From: Spongospora subterranea f. sp. subterranea
Lineage: Eukaryota
Length of the DNA: 64,000 bases
Reading direction: 5' to 3'
Assembly: GCA_049724395.1 (NCBI GenBank)
Contig: JAUGWO010000008.1
Location: 1 to 64,000, forward strand
In this document: positions 12,028-23,923 of the stretch, in pieces
Layout of the letters: each line of letters opens with the position of its first letter
Numbering within the stretch: position 1 is the first letter of the stretch
Notes under the pieces: model-generated
Told to the model about the DNA's origin: nothing
The model's input: the letters and a program-made list of their open reading frames with translations, nothing else
Database searches by the model: none
Translations under genes and position numbers: made by a program

Positions 12028-13929
12028 ACACGATTCCGAAACGCCAACAAGGAATTGCCTGGCAGCAAACTTGACTCCAATATCGAAGATTCGATTGCTG
12101 GATAGTGTAAACCTTGGGTCTTGGTGCGCTGCGACGATGGCATGGTGTCCTGCAAGGACCGATGCTCTCAGAAGTTTGCAATTATTTGGAGCCAATTCCG
12201 CCATCCATACCGAGGAGGCGATTCTTATAGAGGCATTGGCCTGGCCTGAGTCAAGCGGTCCGTCCCAACCATTCAGAAGTTTGGTTGTCACAGATCGAGT
12301 CAGTTTGGTCGCCACCAGCAGCAATACCAACAAGTTGAGGACACGCATTGGAGAAATGGAATGTGGCGCAACAGTAGCGCAATTCGCCCCAACCGGCAAG
12401 GATGAGTTCAGAGTTAATGATGAGACGAACAGTTCTACCAATGTCATGCGCCAGGTTCAGGTGCCCGATTCTCCTTTCCCGTCTGTTCAACATTCCTGTT
12501 GTGATTTAGTTGCATTTGATAATTTGCGTCGGTCTACGTGCTGAATAATTTTTTGGCTGCTTATCGAAGCCAATGTCGTTGGGAAGAGGGACATTCAACC
12601 TGCCATGTTTGGTTCAATCTGTTATGAGAGCAAACAAGAGCGGGCAGTTATCTTGAAACATTTTGTTTCGTTGAAAAAACGCCCTTCAATCTTCCTATCC
12701 CGGCATCGGAAAGATTCCATGTGGGTCTAGACAAAAGCCGAGACAGAATCGAGAGTGTTTGAGGCATCAGGTCTATCGCTTCGATCTCGAAAATAATAGC
12801 TCGTAGTGTTTTTTTGATCTGGGTCCAGCACAAGGATATTATATATGTCAATGAACGTGTTGATAGAGAAGCGTCTGTCGCAATACACTTCCGCGATCTA
12901 CATGCCGCCATGACCAACACTAAAGTGGGTCTGGGCGTTCATTGATGGAATCGTCACTACATCTCCAGGCCCAGTCCTAGATGTTGAGGCCAAATTCTAC
13001 AGGAATATCTGCAAAGCTCAGTCTACAATGGGCATCCTGGCAAACACTGTTTGAACTACCAAAGAATAACAACTCTTGATGGCCTGTTTGGCAGTATTTT
13101 TGACCAAACTGAGGGCAGGCGCCACGATGATACAATTCTATCCATGAGGAAAATTGTGGACATGCCTAAGGTTCTTGCATTCGGTGAGTACAAACATCAT
13201 CCGGAAAGACATTACTATCATCTCAACCAAAACACCGCTTTATGGCGCCATCCTGATCCAGTAGATGAATACATTATGACGGCTGGATGGAAACAGGCGA
13301 AACTGTCGTGGGGCCAACTGAATCATGCTAACACACTGAGGCAACGTTCTCCAGAGTTGACTGCCAAATGTTCACCTCGACCGAAAAGAAAATCTTGAGA
13401 TGCGAACAAATATAGGAATGTGAAGTTTTACACAATGATGAATGGCGGGGCTATGTTAAACAGCATGAGCAAGATCGTGGCCGAGATGATGTTGACCGAA
13501 CTCCTGTTACCGATTCGCCAACTGTTAACGACAGGCTTTGCTCTAATTTGTCTGTGGATTGGCCATGATTTGAGGTTTCCGGTATCTTTCACTGGCCGAA
13601 GTGAAGAGTAATCAGTAGGAGAGAAAACCAGGAATGATTGGTTTTGCCGATTGTCTAGTACAATAACGAGTTGATAAGGCGGCTTATACTTGTCGTCAGA
13701 CCCCATCTGACGTGACAGAGATCGGGAAACTGGGGAACTGGACTGTTTTTTGCTGGATCCCTTTGTGTTTCGTCCATACATCTGGCCATTCACTAACATA
13801 CTTTTGATTTGTTGGTTCCGGCTGGTGCCAAGACGCCGCAACCTTTTGGCGCCATTGGCAACCGTGCTGATAAAGTTAGCTGACACAATCATATGTAGCG
13901 ACGAATCTTGCGATAACCACACTTAATTT

Positions 13930-14830
13930 CACCCCTTCACCATGGAAATAAACGTCACAAAGCATTCGAGGGTTGCCAATCCGAATAGTGCCTCAACGTC
14001 AGTGTACGTCACCAGAATTTCTGGCCCAGAACAACGCGGATATCGGAGAAATACTTACTCGTGGCTCCACTGAAGCGAAATGTGTTCATTGTCGGGCTGA
14101 CGTTGGGCACGGCCAGGTCTGAGGCCATCAACAACTGGTGTGGCACACATAGCAAACGGGGGCAATCAGAGAGTTTGACCCGCGTTCAGCGACATCGATG
14201 ATTGACTGAGGGCGGCACGAACACCTTTTCATTTGGGGCCAATATGTTGTCGAAGCCCTGAAATGTATCGTCCATCCCGAACAGACGGTACTGTTCCATC
14301 ACCAGTTCATTTGCATTGGCTTTGTCTCGCGCTATGTCTGTGATGAATTGGTGAGAAGACATTTCTAACAGATGGTGGAAATCATCCGAGTAATTGACGG
14401 TAGGCGACGTGCCATTTCTAGGCGCCTTTTTGAATCGTTGGGCCATTTTTGCTTGACCCATGGCAGTGAGGAGATGCTTCGACGAAATCAACTACCAGTT
14501 GGTTTGTCCCGAGATTTTTAGTGAACCGGTGTGGTTCGATGACCTGCCTAATTATCTTGAGGAAGACATATACTACCCGCCATTATCGCCAACCTTCCCA
14601 GCAATGGATGCGTTCAACAGCAACTATATGATCCAGTTCACGACAAACTATAGACATATGATCGAAGGGCTTACAGAGTTTCGAAAGCTTATGGCTTTGT
14701 TCGAAAACCCAATTTTACGTTTTGTTGTTCCAGAGAATTGCTTATGGAGTTTAAGCATCAAATGTATAAAGAGGGTGTAGACTTCAACAATGTTGCTCAG
14801 TCAGTGGTCTGTCTCCCAATAAATCAGCCG
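13930..14830 (+). pseudogene. Crinkler/RHS-type C-terminal REase-fold effector pseudogene
   Basis: YYPPLSPTFPAMDAF...MIQFTTNYRHMI...LRFVVPE is typical of CRN/RHS C-terminal domains; the upstream part is frameshifted. Confidence 0.6.
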
Positions 14831-15178
14831 GATCTCTCTACAAACCCGTCCGGTTTGAAAATGCGCAAAACCTGTAATGCTCCAACAGTTTGATACAATA
14901 AATTGCTGAAAAATCAATCACCTCTTTCGGCTATCTAGCCAGGTTAGGCTTTCTACAATACGGTTCAATTATCAAATGTCGTTTCGACGAAAACCAAGTT
15001 TGGAGATAGGATTGTCATTGACCTGGTCTAGGCCAAACAAACTCAATAATCTGCTGTTGGAGAGTGGTTATGAAATGACCATATATTTTAATGAGATTTC
15101 CGATTGTCGTTCGCCTTCACAGCATCAAGGAATAACACTTCATGGAATACCGATAGGTCGTCAAGATGCTGCTCTCTG

Positions 15179-15339
15179 TGTTATGAACTAAGAGACAACC
15201 AACGCTTAGAGCATGGCCGGAGAACTGAAAGGAGGACGAAAACTTGAGCGAGGAACGGGAACTAGAGTGAGGAACGGGAACTAGAGTAAAGGACGCAAAC
15301 TAGGGCGAGACTAGATTTAGTTCAAAAACGCTGTTAACA
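15179..15339. repeat. Candidate short LTR (TGTTA...TAACA) with an internal 19-bp tandem repeat
   Basis: Inverted 5-bp termini; gaggaacgggaactagagt occurs twice. No TSD, and it does not match the 3' LTR at 18239. Confidence 0.4.
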
Positions 15340-18300
15340 GGATCCGATCAAAAATCGTGACGGCTGACGGCCGTACCATTTTCGGAGTTTGGACAGGCGT
15401 AGCGAAATGAAAGTCAGTCGGGTAAATAAAAGTGACGTTAAAGGACGTGTTGTACATTCCTGATCTAAAGCTAAACTTGCTGTCGGTAAGCGTGGAAACG
15501 GCAAAAGACGCCCAGATTTCATCCTGCGGCGACGTCTGTTAAGCCACATCAAATGGGAAGCAATTCAAGCTGGGTGACCGACACGGAAAGATGTTGGCGT
15601 TGGCAGTTGGTGAACCGACAGAGCTCAAACGTCCCGTTGACCGAGTCTGTTGCAGAAACGACTCGGGTATTTGAACTACACGGCTCTTGAAATTATGGTC
15701 AACTCCAGAGCGATAAGAACAGTAAAACTTTGAGGAGTCAGGCCCGATATCTACCCGGCAAAACTAACTCAAGAGCCTTTCACTGCCAGACAGGACTCAA
15801 GGCAAGCCAAACAACTCAACGATTTGGTTCACTCAGACGTCGTTGGCCCGATGTCAAAACGAATCGTTTGGTGGAAGGAAATATGTTGTGATATTCATTG
15901 ATGATTACTCAAGATTCTCATCTGCTTACATCTTAACTCGTAAGAGCGAAGTCGCTCTGGATAGGTTCAAGGATTACAGGAGGAGAGTGGAGATCCTGCA
16001 TGGAAGACCAATTCGGCGCTTCCATTCCGATACTGGAGGGATATACGTCATCTGCCTTTAACAAGTTTCTGAAAAGAATGGAGTCAAGCTCGAGTTGACT
16101 GTGTCTAGGCGACCTCAGCAAAATGGAGTATCGGAAAGGCTGAACCGTACCATTATGGAGATGACTCGAACAACGATATTGCTGTCGGTTTGTCAAAGTC
16201 TTACTGGGCGGAAGCTGTCCAGACAGCGGTACACATTAGCAACCGCTGTATATCATATGCTCTGGTGACGGCAGAGACCACATATCAATTATGGTATAAG
16301 CGTAAGCCCAGTATTGAACATCTTCGCATTTTGGCTGCAATGCCTGGTACAAGATCGATGGTGCCGGTTAACTGGATCAGCACGCTAAGGTCGGGGTATT
16401 TATCGGATACTCAATTAAAATGAGAGGCTACAGAATAATGGACGAGTCTTCTCACAAAATGGTGGTTAGCCGTGACGTCAAGTTTGAGGAGGAGCCGATG
16501 CGGCGACTCTCTCTTCTCCACGCGTAGATGAAGACGAAGAACGTCAACAAGTTGCGACGCAAGGCCGACAGCCAGCTGCTAATACGGAACCTGAAGACAA
16601 GTCAAAACCTGTAGATCCTCCTCTGGTCATCAAGAAGAGTTCGGTCAGAGCCAGCCCGCGATGAACAAACCGTGTTCTGCTTGACCTGTACCGATGACGA
16701 GCCTGGCAACCGTGTCGAGGCTCTCAAATCAGATGAGGCCAATTTCTGGTAGGAGGCCATGGATAAAGAATATCAAGTCCTACACAAGAATACCATGTGG
16801 TCGGCCGTTCAGAAACCTACCAATAGGAGAGTGGTGGACAGTCGTTGGGTTTCAAACGCTAACGGGATGAGAACAATAAGGTGGCCAAATAAAAAGACAG
16901 GTTCGTAGCCCGAGGCTTCACATACGTTTACGGCTGCGACCATTTCGAGACCTTCAGCCCAGTGGCGTCGACAACGGCAGTTAGAGCTATCATTTCGATT
17001 GCTGCCGCCAAAAATCAAGAGCTCGTTTAAATGGACATCAAAAAGGCACTTCAGCATCAGATTTTGATAAGAAAAATACATCCTATGTCTTTTTTGAACT
17101 CGTCATACAATGGAGAATATGTACAAGCACATAAGATGTCGTCGACGTGGATAGCGCCCATCATGTATTCCCCTTTGTTTTGAGAACACACATTTATCCA
17201 TTGACGCCACCTCAATAGCCATGTTGAAGCAGAACGTCCAGCAGATGCTTGAGTAGCTCAGTTGCGCCTTGCTTGAGTTTATAAAGCACCTTGTTTAGCT
17301 TTCAGACGTGACTATCTGCGATAGTCCCAAGCGCTATGTAATCGGCAGGTTGCCTCATAGAGATTTCTTCGTTGAGTATTTGGTCCTCCGGGAATTTTGA
17401 CAGGTTTACAATCCTTCCTGTTGAAGATTTACAAGATCTTATCGACCTTTGTCTTTTGCGAAAGAGTAATTCGGCGTTCAGCACGATTTCTTGTGATCAA
17501 TATCCCCAACAAAAACTTAGCAGCTCCCAAGAACAAGGAAAGTCCCCTTAACGTAAGTACGTTGGTCAGTTGATGTATCAAGTGAACATGACAAGGCCTG
17601 ATATCATGTATGAGGTGGGAATTGCGGCCAGAGCTGTATTCTATTTCAACCTAAGCCATGAACAGCTGGTGAAAAGAATAATGCGTTATTTGAAAGGAAC
17701 ATTGGATTATGGAATTTGTTTTCAGAAACGGTCAGGCCGCTCTCAAGTGGATATCTAAACGGATGCTGATGTTGCTGGCGATCTCAATGATCGCAAATCT
17801 ACTTCTGGTGGTATCATTTTATGTAATGGAGGACCAGTTCTCTACTATTCAAGAAAGCAGGTCTGCGACGTCCGTTCGACAATGGAAGCAGAATATATAG
17901 CCTTATCACCATAGTGACAGAAGCAATGACGTTTAACCATCTGCTGGGATGGCTTTCCGGAGAAAGTGCTCTACAGCCCACGATCACCTTCGAGGACAAC
18001 CAATCTTGTATCGCGGTCGCTCGGCAGACAGCTAGTTCTAAGCAGGCAAAACATATTGAAGTTAAGAATCTTGATATAGGTGATCTCTTTCTCAAAAGCA
18101 GATCGAGTTCAAGTTTTGCCCGACACAAGATTTGACTGCATACATTTTTACAAACAGACTTGGAGGTGTCCGATTCCAATTTCTACGAGAAAGATTGGAG
18201 TCCACGATTACAATGACTTCCTTCGAAAAGGAGGAGGTTGTTAGGATTATTGCGGCGGAAGTCAGATTTGCAGCGCGTCTAATGAATTGCCCACAGGAGC

Positions 18301-18405
18301 TAAATTTCGTAGAGATAATATAAGAGGGTTTCTAGGATTGCATATTTCCCGGTCTCTGTCTCATATAGTGTCAACGCTTGATTTTGTCACCTCAATCGTT
18401 AGACA
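15340..18405 (+). mobile_element. Degenerate Ty1/copia LTR retrotransposon (protease-integrase-RT-RNase H, 3' LTR)
   Basis: Integrase: ESFGGRKYVVIFIDDYSRFS, FHSDTGG, SYWAEAVQTAVHISNR. RT: TRPDIMYEVG, VKRIMRYLKGT. RNase H: EDNQSCIA, KHIEVK. Purine tract aaaaggaggagg, then TG...CA LTR candidate 18239-18405. Confidence 0.92.
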
Positions 18406-19719
18406 ATGAGTATAAAACTGCATCGAATTCGCACGTTGCTTTATACTGACTTTATGGAAAGCCTCTGTTGTATATTTCGTGTCGTGCTTGTGGTAGATGA
18501 AGTTAAGGGTTCAGCAAGAGTAGCAGTAAATGTCTCACCATGAAAAGCGCTTGACCTCAAATTATTTGACCCTCAAAGACGGCGTCGATGGGTATGTGGT
18601 AACCGGAAAGCAATTGGAATCACGACGCCTTGTTGTGAGGTTGGATTCGGCATTTTGCTTGAGGGATATATTCAGTGGACGAATAATCGTGCAAAAATTG
18701 TGGTTGGTGGTGGCGCTCCAGTTTCGGGTCGTCGACTCCACTACCCCAGAGTATATCATGGTCGTTTTCCTCTGGCTTTAAATGTCGTACATGATGTGGT
18801 TGCCCCTGACGATGCCCACGACTTTCACACCGCAAAACGCGAATACAATCGACCGCAAACGATAATGTAGACTTTAAATGTCGTTTTGTTGAACAAATGA
18901 AACTGATTTAGTCTGTCGGTGAGATGGGACTCTTGCAAGTGTTATTCTTGATCATGATAATCAACTATTGTTTGTAAGGCAGCGGTTTCAGCAATCCGTC
19001 GAAAAATTGAATTCACAGTAAACACAGCACACCTTATCGGCTTAAATCCTCTGATTTGTACACATTCTACCATTGATGTTCGTGATCGATATCACAACGT
19101 TCGTTGCCGAACATTTTCCTCCTATATTTATCAGTTCTTTGACTAGGTCACATTTGAAAAAGCACTACGTGATGTTTTCAATACCTGCAATGGTTGATGA
19201 AGTTCATAGATCAGCTTTGCCCCGGATTGTGATCGTTCCATCATATTCTTATCGGGGTGTTGCTTATTGGTAAACGAGCGACGCCATGGTTAACGATTTT
19301 TCCATGTGTGGTATTTGCGCCATCAATAGTCAACAGTAATTTTTTTACGACAAGATGAGCCATGACCAATGCCAATCGACATTGTCCCAAAACGCGATAT
19401 CGTTGCATTTGTTGACAACTATGATCAGAACCATTCGACGACATCTAAATGTCTCACCATTTTCATCTCCTTTCAGGTTAACAAGCATGATAAAGTGCTG
19501 CAATTGGAGTGACGACCCATCAAAACCCGCCAACCTTTGTATACCATAACATACGATTACGATAATCAAAGAGTATCGGGACAGATATATTCCCAGTATG
19601 GTGTCTGTCAAAAGTTTCCATTTGCCAACAATCGGGTTATCCTGACATCGAGGTTGAGATTGTCGAAAACGGTTCAGGGCTGTTCGGCGGAATCGCCCCA
19701 TACACTCGATACTGATCAT

Positions 19720-20330
19720 CCGATTCGTAATTATGAATGCCGCGTTGGCGAGAAAGGACGCAATCGCTGCAAGCTTTGGGGCATCAGAGACAGATATCCC
19801 GATTTCCCAAATACTGTTGGCGACTACAATCCAAAACCATGGTCCGTTCTCCCGACGATGATGACCGTGATTATGGTCCTACATTAACTGGTGACACGGA
19901 AACGCTGAAGTGTATCGCCCATCTTGAGCAGACGACGCTACCAGTTCATTTGCATTGAGTTCTCTTCGCGCTATATCTGCGACGAATTCGTGAGAAGACA
20001 TTTATTGACTGGCGCTGGTCAACCTGACATCTCCAGGCACCTCTTCGAATCGTTGGGTCATTTTTCCTGGACTCATGGCATTGGACACATGCTTCATTTC
20101 AATGGTCGGCATCTGGAGGGCAATCAAATCAACGATCGATTGACGTTTCCGCCAACCTTTCCAGCTGTGGATGCTTTGACAAGCAATTATATGGTCCGGT
20201 TCATAACGAGCCGTGCCCATGTCATCAAAGAGCTCCTACAGTTTCGTAAATTTATGTGCAGCTTTGTTCAAAACCCAATTCTACTTTCGTTGTTGCAGAG
20301 AGGACTGCTTCAACGGGTTTTAAATTCCAA
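19720..20330 (+). pseudogene. Second Crinkler/RHS REase-like pseudogene, paralog of 13930-14830
   Basis: DNA similarity (ccagttcatttgcattg...cgcgctat...gtgagaagacattt) and peptide PPTFPAVDALTSNYMVRF...FRKFM...NPIL, with an internal deletion. Confidence 0.65.
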
Positions 20331-20765
20331 AAGTACAAAGGGGGGGGGGGGGGGCACAAATCGACAAAGTCTGTCCGAAAAAGCACAAAACCTACCACCA
20401 ACCATTTGATTTTTTCCGAAAACTCAGCCTGATTTTACGTCTGATGCTGCTTTCCGGAAATTGTTGAATTTGGCAAATTAGGGACAGACTTCGAAACAGC
20501 ACTTTGGAGGCATCCGGCTGAAATGAATGGAATCCTGAACAAAGGAGAAAGGGATGTTCTAATCGAAATCAGGGTAGGGAATCCGAGAAGGACCAAGGAA
20601 GACAACCTCTATAAATGATCAGCTGATAGAAGATATTTGCACAGGGTCGAGAGCCTAGAGCTTTCCGAAAAGTAATTTTGCCGGCCGACGCTACCATGAT
20701 AATCCATTTTAAACATGTCTACCTTGTTTTAGTTAGAAGTAATCACACAAGCATCCCAAATCCGG

Positions 20766-22038
20766 CTAACGATTCCAACCAATGGCAATGCTTTTCTTGA
20801 TCTGGTACGCCTGCACCGATAACCGAAAAGGATTCAGTGGCGAAGGCATCGCAGCGAAGATCATGCCGATGAACATAACCCAGCTGGGGAAGTATGTCGC
20901 CCGAGGACACCGGGAAAGTATAGCATGTGCGATGGCCGCACTCGTGGTCTCTGGCGACGCGCCATACTCGTCAATTCCTTCGCCGGTCATAGGTTCCAAA
21001 TAATCTTCCAGGCCGGCGTAGACGCCGCCCATCCGATTGGAATTCAGGCTGTCGTGGGTCTTGCCGCCGATACGGGTTTTGGTGGCGCCAGGCTCGATTA
21101 GAGACACAGACACTCCCAGCGGTTCCATTTCTTGGCGCAGACTCAAACTGAATCCTAATACTGTTTTTTAGCGGTATTACCGTCATTAGGAGAATGCGGA
21201 GGAACAAAGAAAACAGCATTGAGGTAGAGTTATTGAGTACTTCAAAAATCACATGTCATCGTGAAACTGAATTGAATGTTACTCGATAATTGTGCAATGT
21301 ACATGGAAACGAGGAACGAAACGAGAGTCAATCGAAACCCATTGACAGACCTCGAATGGCGAATTTTGAGGCGGAGTAGGTGACATAGCCCGGTGCGGCG
21401 AGGCGCCCAAACCCACTGCCGACGTTGACGATGCGCCCCTTGGATTGGCGCACCAGCGGAAGAAACGTCCTGGTCATGCTGACCATTCCGTGTAGATTGA
21501 CCTAAATCGATTACCATTCCCATTAAAAACCGCTTTGTTGAAATTGTTTGCAACTGTCTACAGATTAATTGTGTTGGAAATTCTTCCTACATTGAAGAAA
21601 TAAAATGGGTACCTGTAACACTCGATCGCTTCGAGCCGCATCCAAGGTTTCGAAGGCGCCTACTTCTCCGATACCGGCGTTGTTAACTAAAGCAGTGAAA
21701 ATCAGATCATCCTCGGCCAGGAACTGCTGGACTTGATTCAGAGCGGCGGCGATTTCTTCGGATTTTGTCACGTCCAGAATGATTGGATGTAGCCGGTCGA
21801 ACTTCTTCAAGTCGTCCATGGCGGCCTGGTTTCGAACCCCGGAAAACACTTCGCAGCCTAGTTTGGCCAGGTGCAAAGCGGCAGCGCGCCCGATCCCGCT
21901 GGACGCCCCGGTTATCAAAACCACAGGACGCTTGTGGCGCTGCGCTGAGGAAAACGACGATGCCATAAGCGTTTCGAGACTATGCGCGCCGATCACATAA
22001 ACAGCGACGCATGGCAGGAAAATCAGCGATATGACCAT
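20766..22038 (-). CDS. Short-chain dehydrogenase/reductase (RDH/BDH-like), 3 exons
   Basis: VVLITGASSGIG, LVNNAGIG; middle exon (~21351-21501) GRIVNVGS...YSASKFAIR (YxxxK); last exon LRQEMEPLGVSVSLIEPG. Hydrophobic N-terminus; start codon uncertain. Confidence 0.92.
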
Positions 22039-23923
22039 ACGGCCTGCCAACGACAGTGACTGTTTTAGATGCCACCAGGCCGATGGCTTTTTGAACAAAG
22101 TCGACGACATCAATTGCAATTTCCAAAGAATGGAAAACTAAAGGGCGATTCCTTGGAATATTGCGCAAAGCCTGGCTGACTTAACCCCTCGCACATTTTA
22201 AGTGTCCTGCCACTGTCCCGCCACTGTCATGCTGTAGGTTCTACAGTAGTCAGGAAGTCACTCAGCGTCACAGGCGAAGTGTTGACCGTCTTTACTGCGG
22301 TACCAGATGGCAATTAATTACCGAAGCTCCGATAGATTCTCAAACTCAATTTTTTCCGAACTGGCATAAGTAAGAAGAAGCAAAAGACCAACTTCCCTCT
22401 CTACACGTTTTTGTTTTCTGCGGAGGTCGTACACCTCGCGAGTTTTCACCCTTTCGAACTCCACCACAGTAGCAAATCCTAACTGGAGCTGCAATCCAAT
22501 TTAGACGGTATTGCGCCATGAACGGATTGACGTGCTGAGAAAAACACACTTACAATCAATCGTCTTTGGAAATTGCGACGTTGATCCGGTTGGAAATCAC
22601 GGTTGTTGATGGTGAAGTTTCTATACAACTCGTCGACCAACGGCTTGCTTCCAATGGAAGAAGCCCCCTGTAATCGGCACTGCCGCGTTTCTGCCTTGGT
22701 CAACAAATACAACTGAACAAAGGAGATTCTCAAGGTGAGAGCGGACACGCACTATACTTCTGATGGCTTTCATCGTAATGTCAGAGTCGCTGCTATATGA
22801 ATTTCAAATGATTGTGAGGTGCGACGAGTAATGGGTTACCTGAAGAGTTTAAAATCCATGAACTTTGCTCGTTTAGATTCTTGTAAGTGACTGGGTCTTC
22901 ATCATCATAACGAATTTTCGATCCTCCTCAGGGTTGAGCTGGAACGGCAACTGATTTTGTCAATCTACTTTGATCTGGATTTGTTTTCCCATCAACGTGT
23001 CAGTCAGAAACCGCAAACGAATCAGTGGTTCATTTTCTGTCACCATAATCTAATACAAACGCATTGGGTGCACCAACAATCAATTGAAACGCGGGTGCTC
23101 ATCAATACGGCACACAAATGGGCTCGATCACGATGAATGGTTATGCTGATAGGAATCCGCAAGTACAGTTGCAATCGTCCCGGTTTTTATCACAGATTAG
23201 AGTCGTGATCGACTCTGGAGACTTGAATTTCCTGTTAAATAACTTCTGCGTCGGTCTGAGTATTTTCAGCAATCACCTCTCCAGAGTCTTCCAATCGACA
23301 AAACATCTGTACGATTAGGGCACGCTGCAAGAGTAAATTACACATTTTTGCGGTTTATGGACGCGATGAAATCCCATCTGCCTTGAAAATACGAACAACC
23401 CATGTGGCGTGTCTGATTTCCACATAATACTAACCGATTCGCAAGACCAGGAAGACGTGATTAAAGAGGAATATTCAGACCAGATCGTCAACAAGCAATA
23501 ACATGACACGGAAATCAGGCGACTGAACAAAAACAATTTGAGTTTGTTTCAAAAAAGCATTTTCAAGGTTGATGTATGGATTTAATTGGGCCAGATTCTG
23601 CCAGATATGCGTCAAAGGCTGAAAGATTCAGTGATTCGAGTAGTCAATTGTTCGCTAAAAAAAAAAGAAGTAGAGTAAAGCGAGCGATATCGTTTGGTAA
23701 AAATCGCGATGCACATTATCCATGCGGAGCGCGACTCAAGGTCTCAAGCCAACAACGCCGAGTGATATCCCTGTTCTGTTCACTAAAATGAAACTCCGGG
23801 CTGAGCGCAGATTTCGCTAGCGATTCTGTTCTTTTTTTTTCAAAAGGATCCTTTGCAGGGCACTGACAAGGCCAAAGGCGGGCGTATTCGTTCCGCTTTC
23901 TGCTCTTTTCAGTAGCGCCTACA

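Noticed and set aside
15179..18405. Paired LTRs defining a complete copia element
   Set aside because: The two LTR candidates share no sequence beyond TGTTA, no TSD was found, and gag is missing.
18530..19720. Short ORFs between the copia LTR and the second REase relic
   Set aside because: Fragmented on both strands with no identifiable domain.
20340..20354. Poly-G run as a functional element
   Set aside because: A simple homopolymer inside a pseudogene tail with no supporting structure.
22300..23540. Possible minus-strand multi-exon gene
   Set aside because: Exon-like pieces are interrupted by stops and no family is recognisable.
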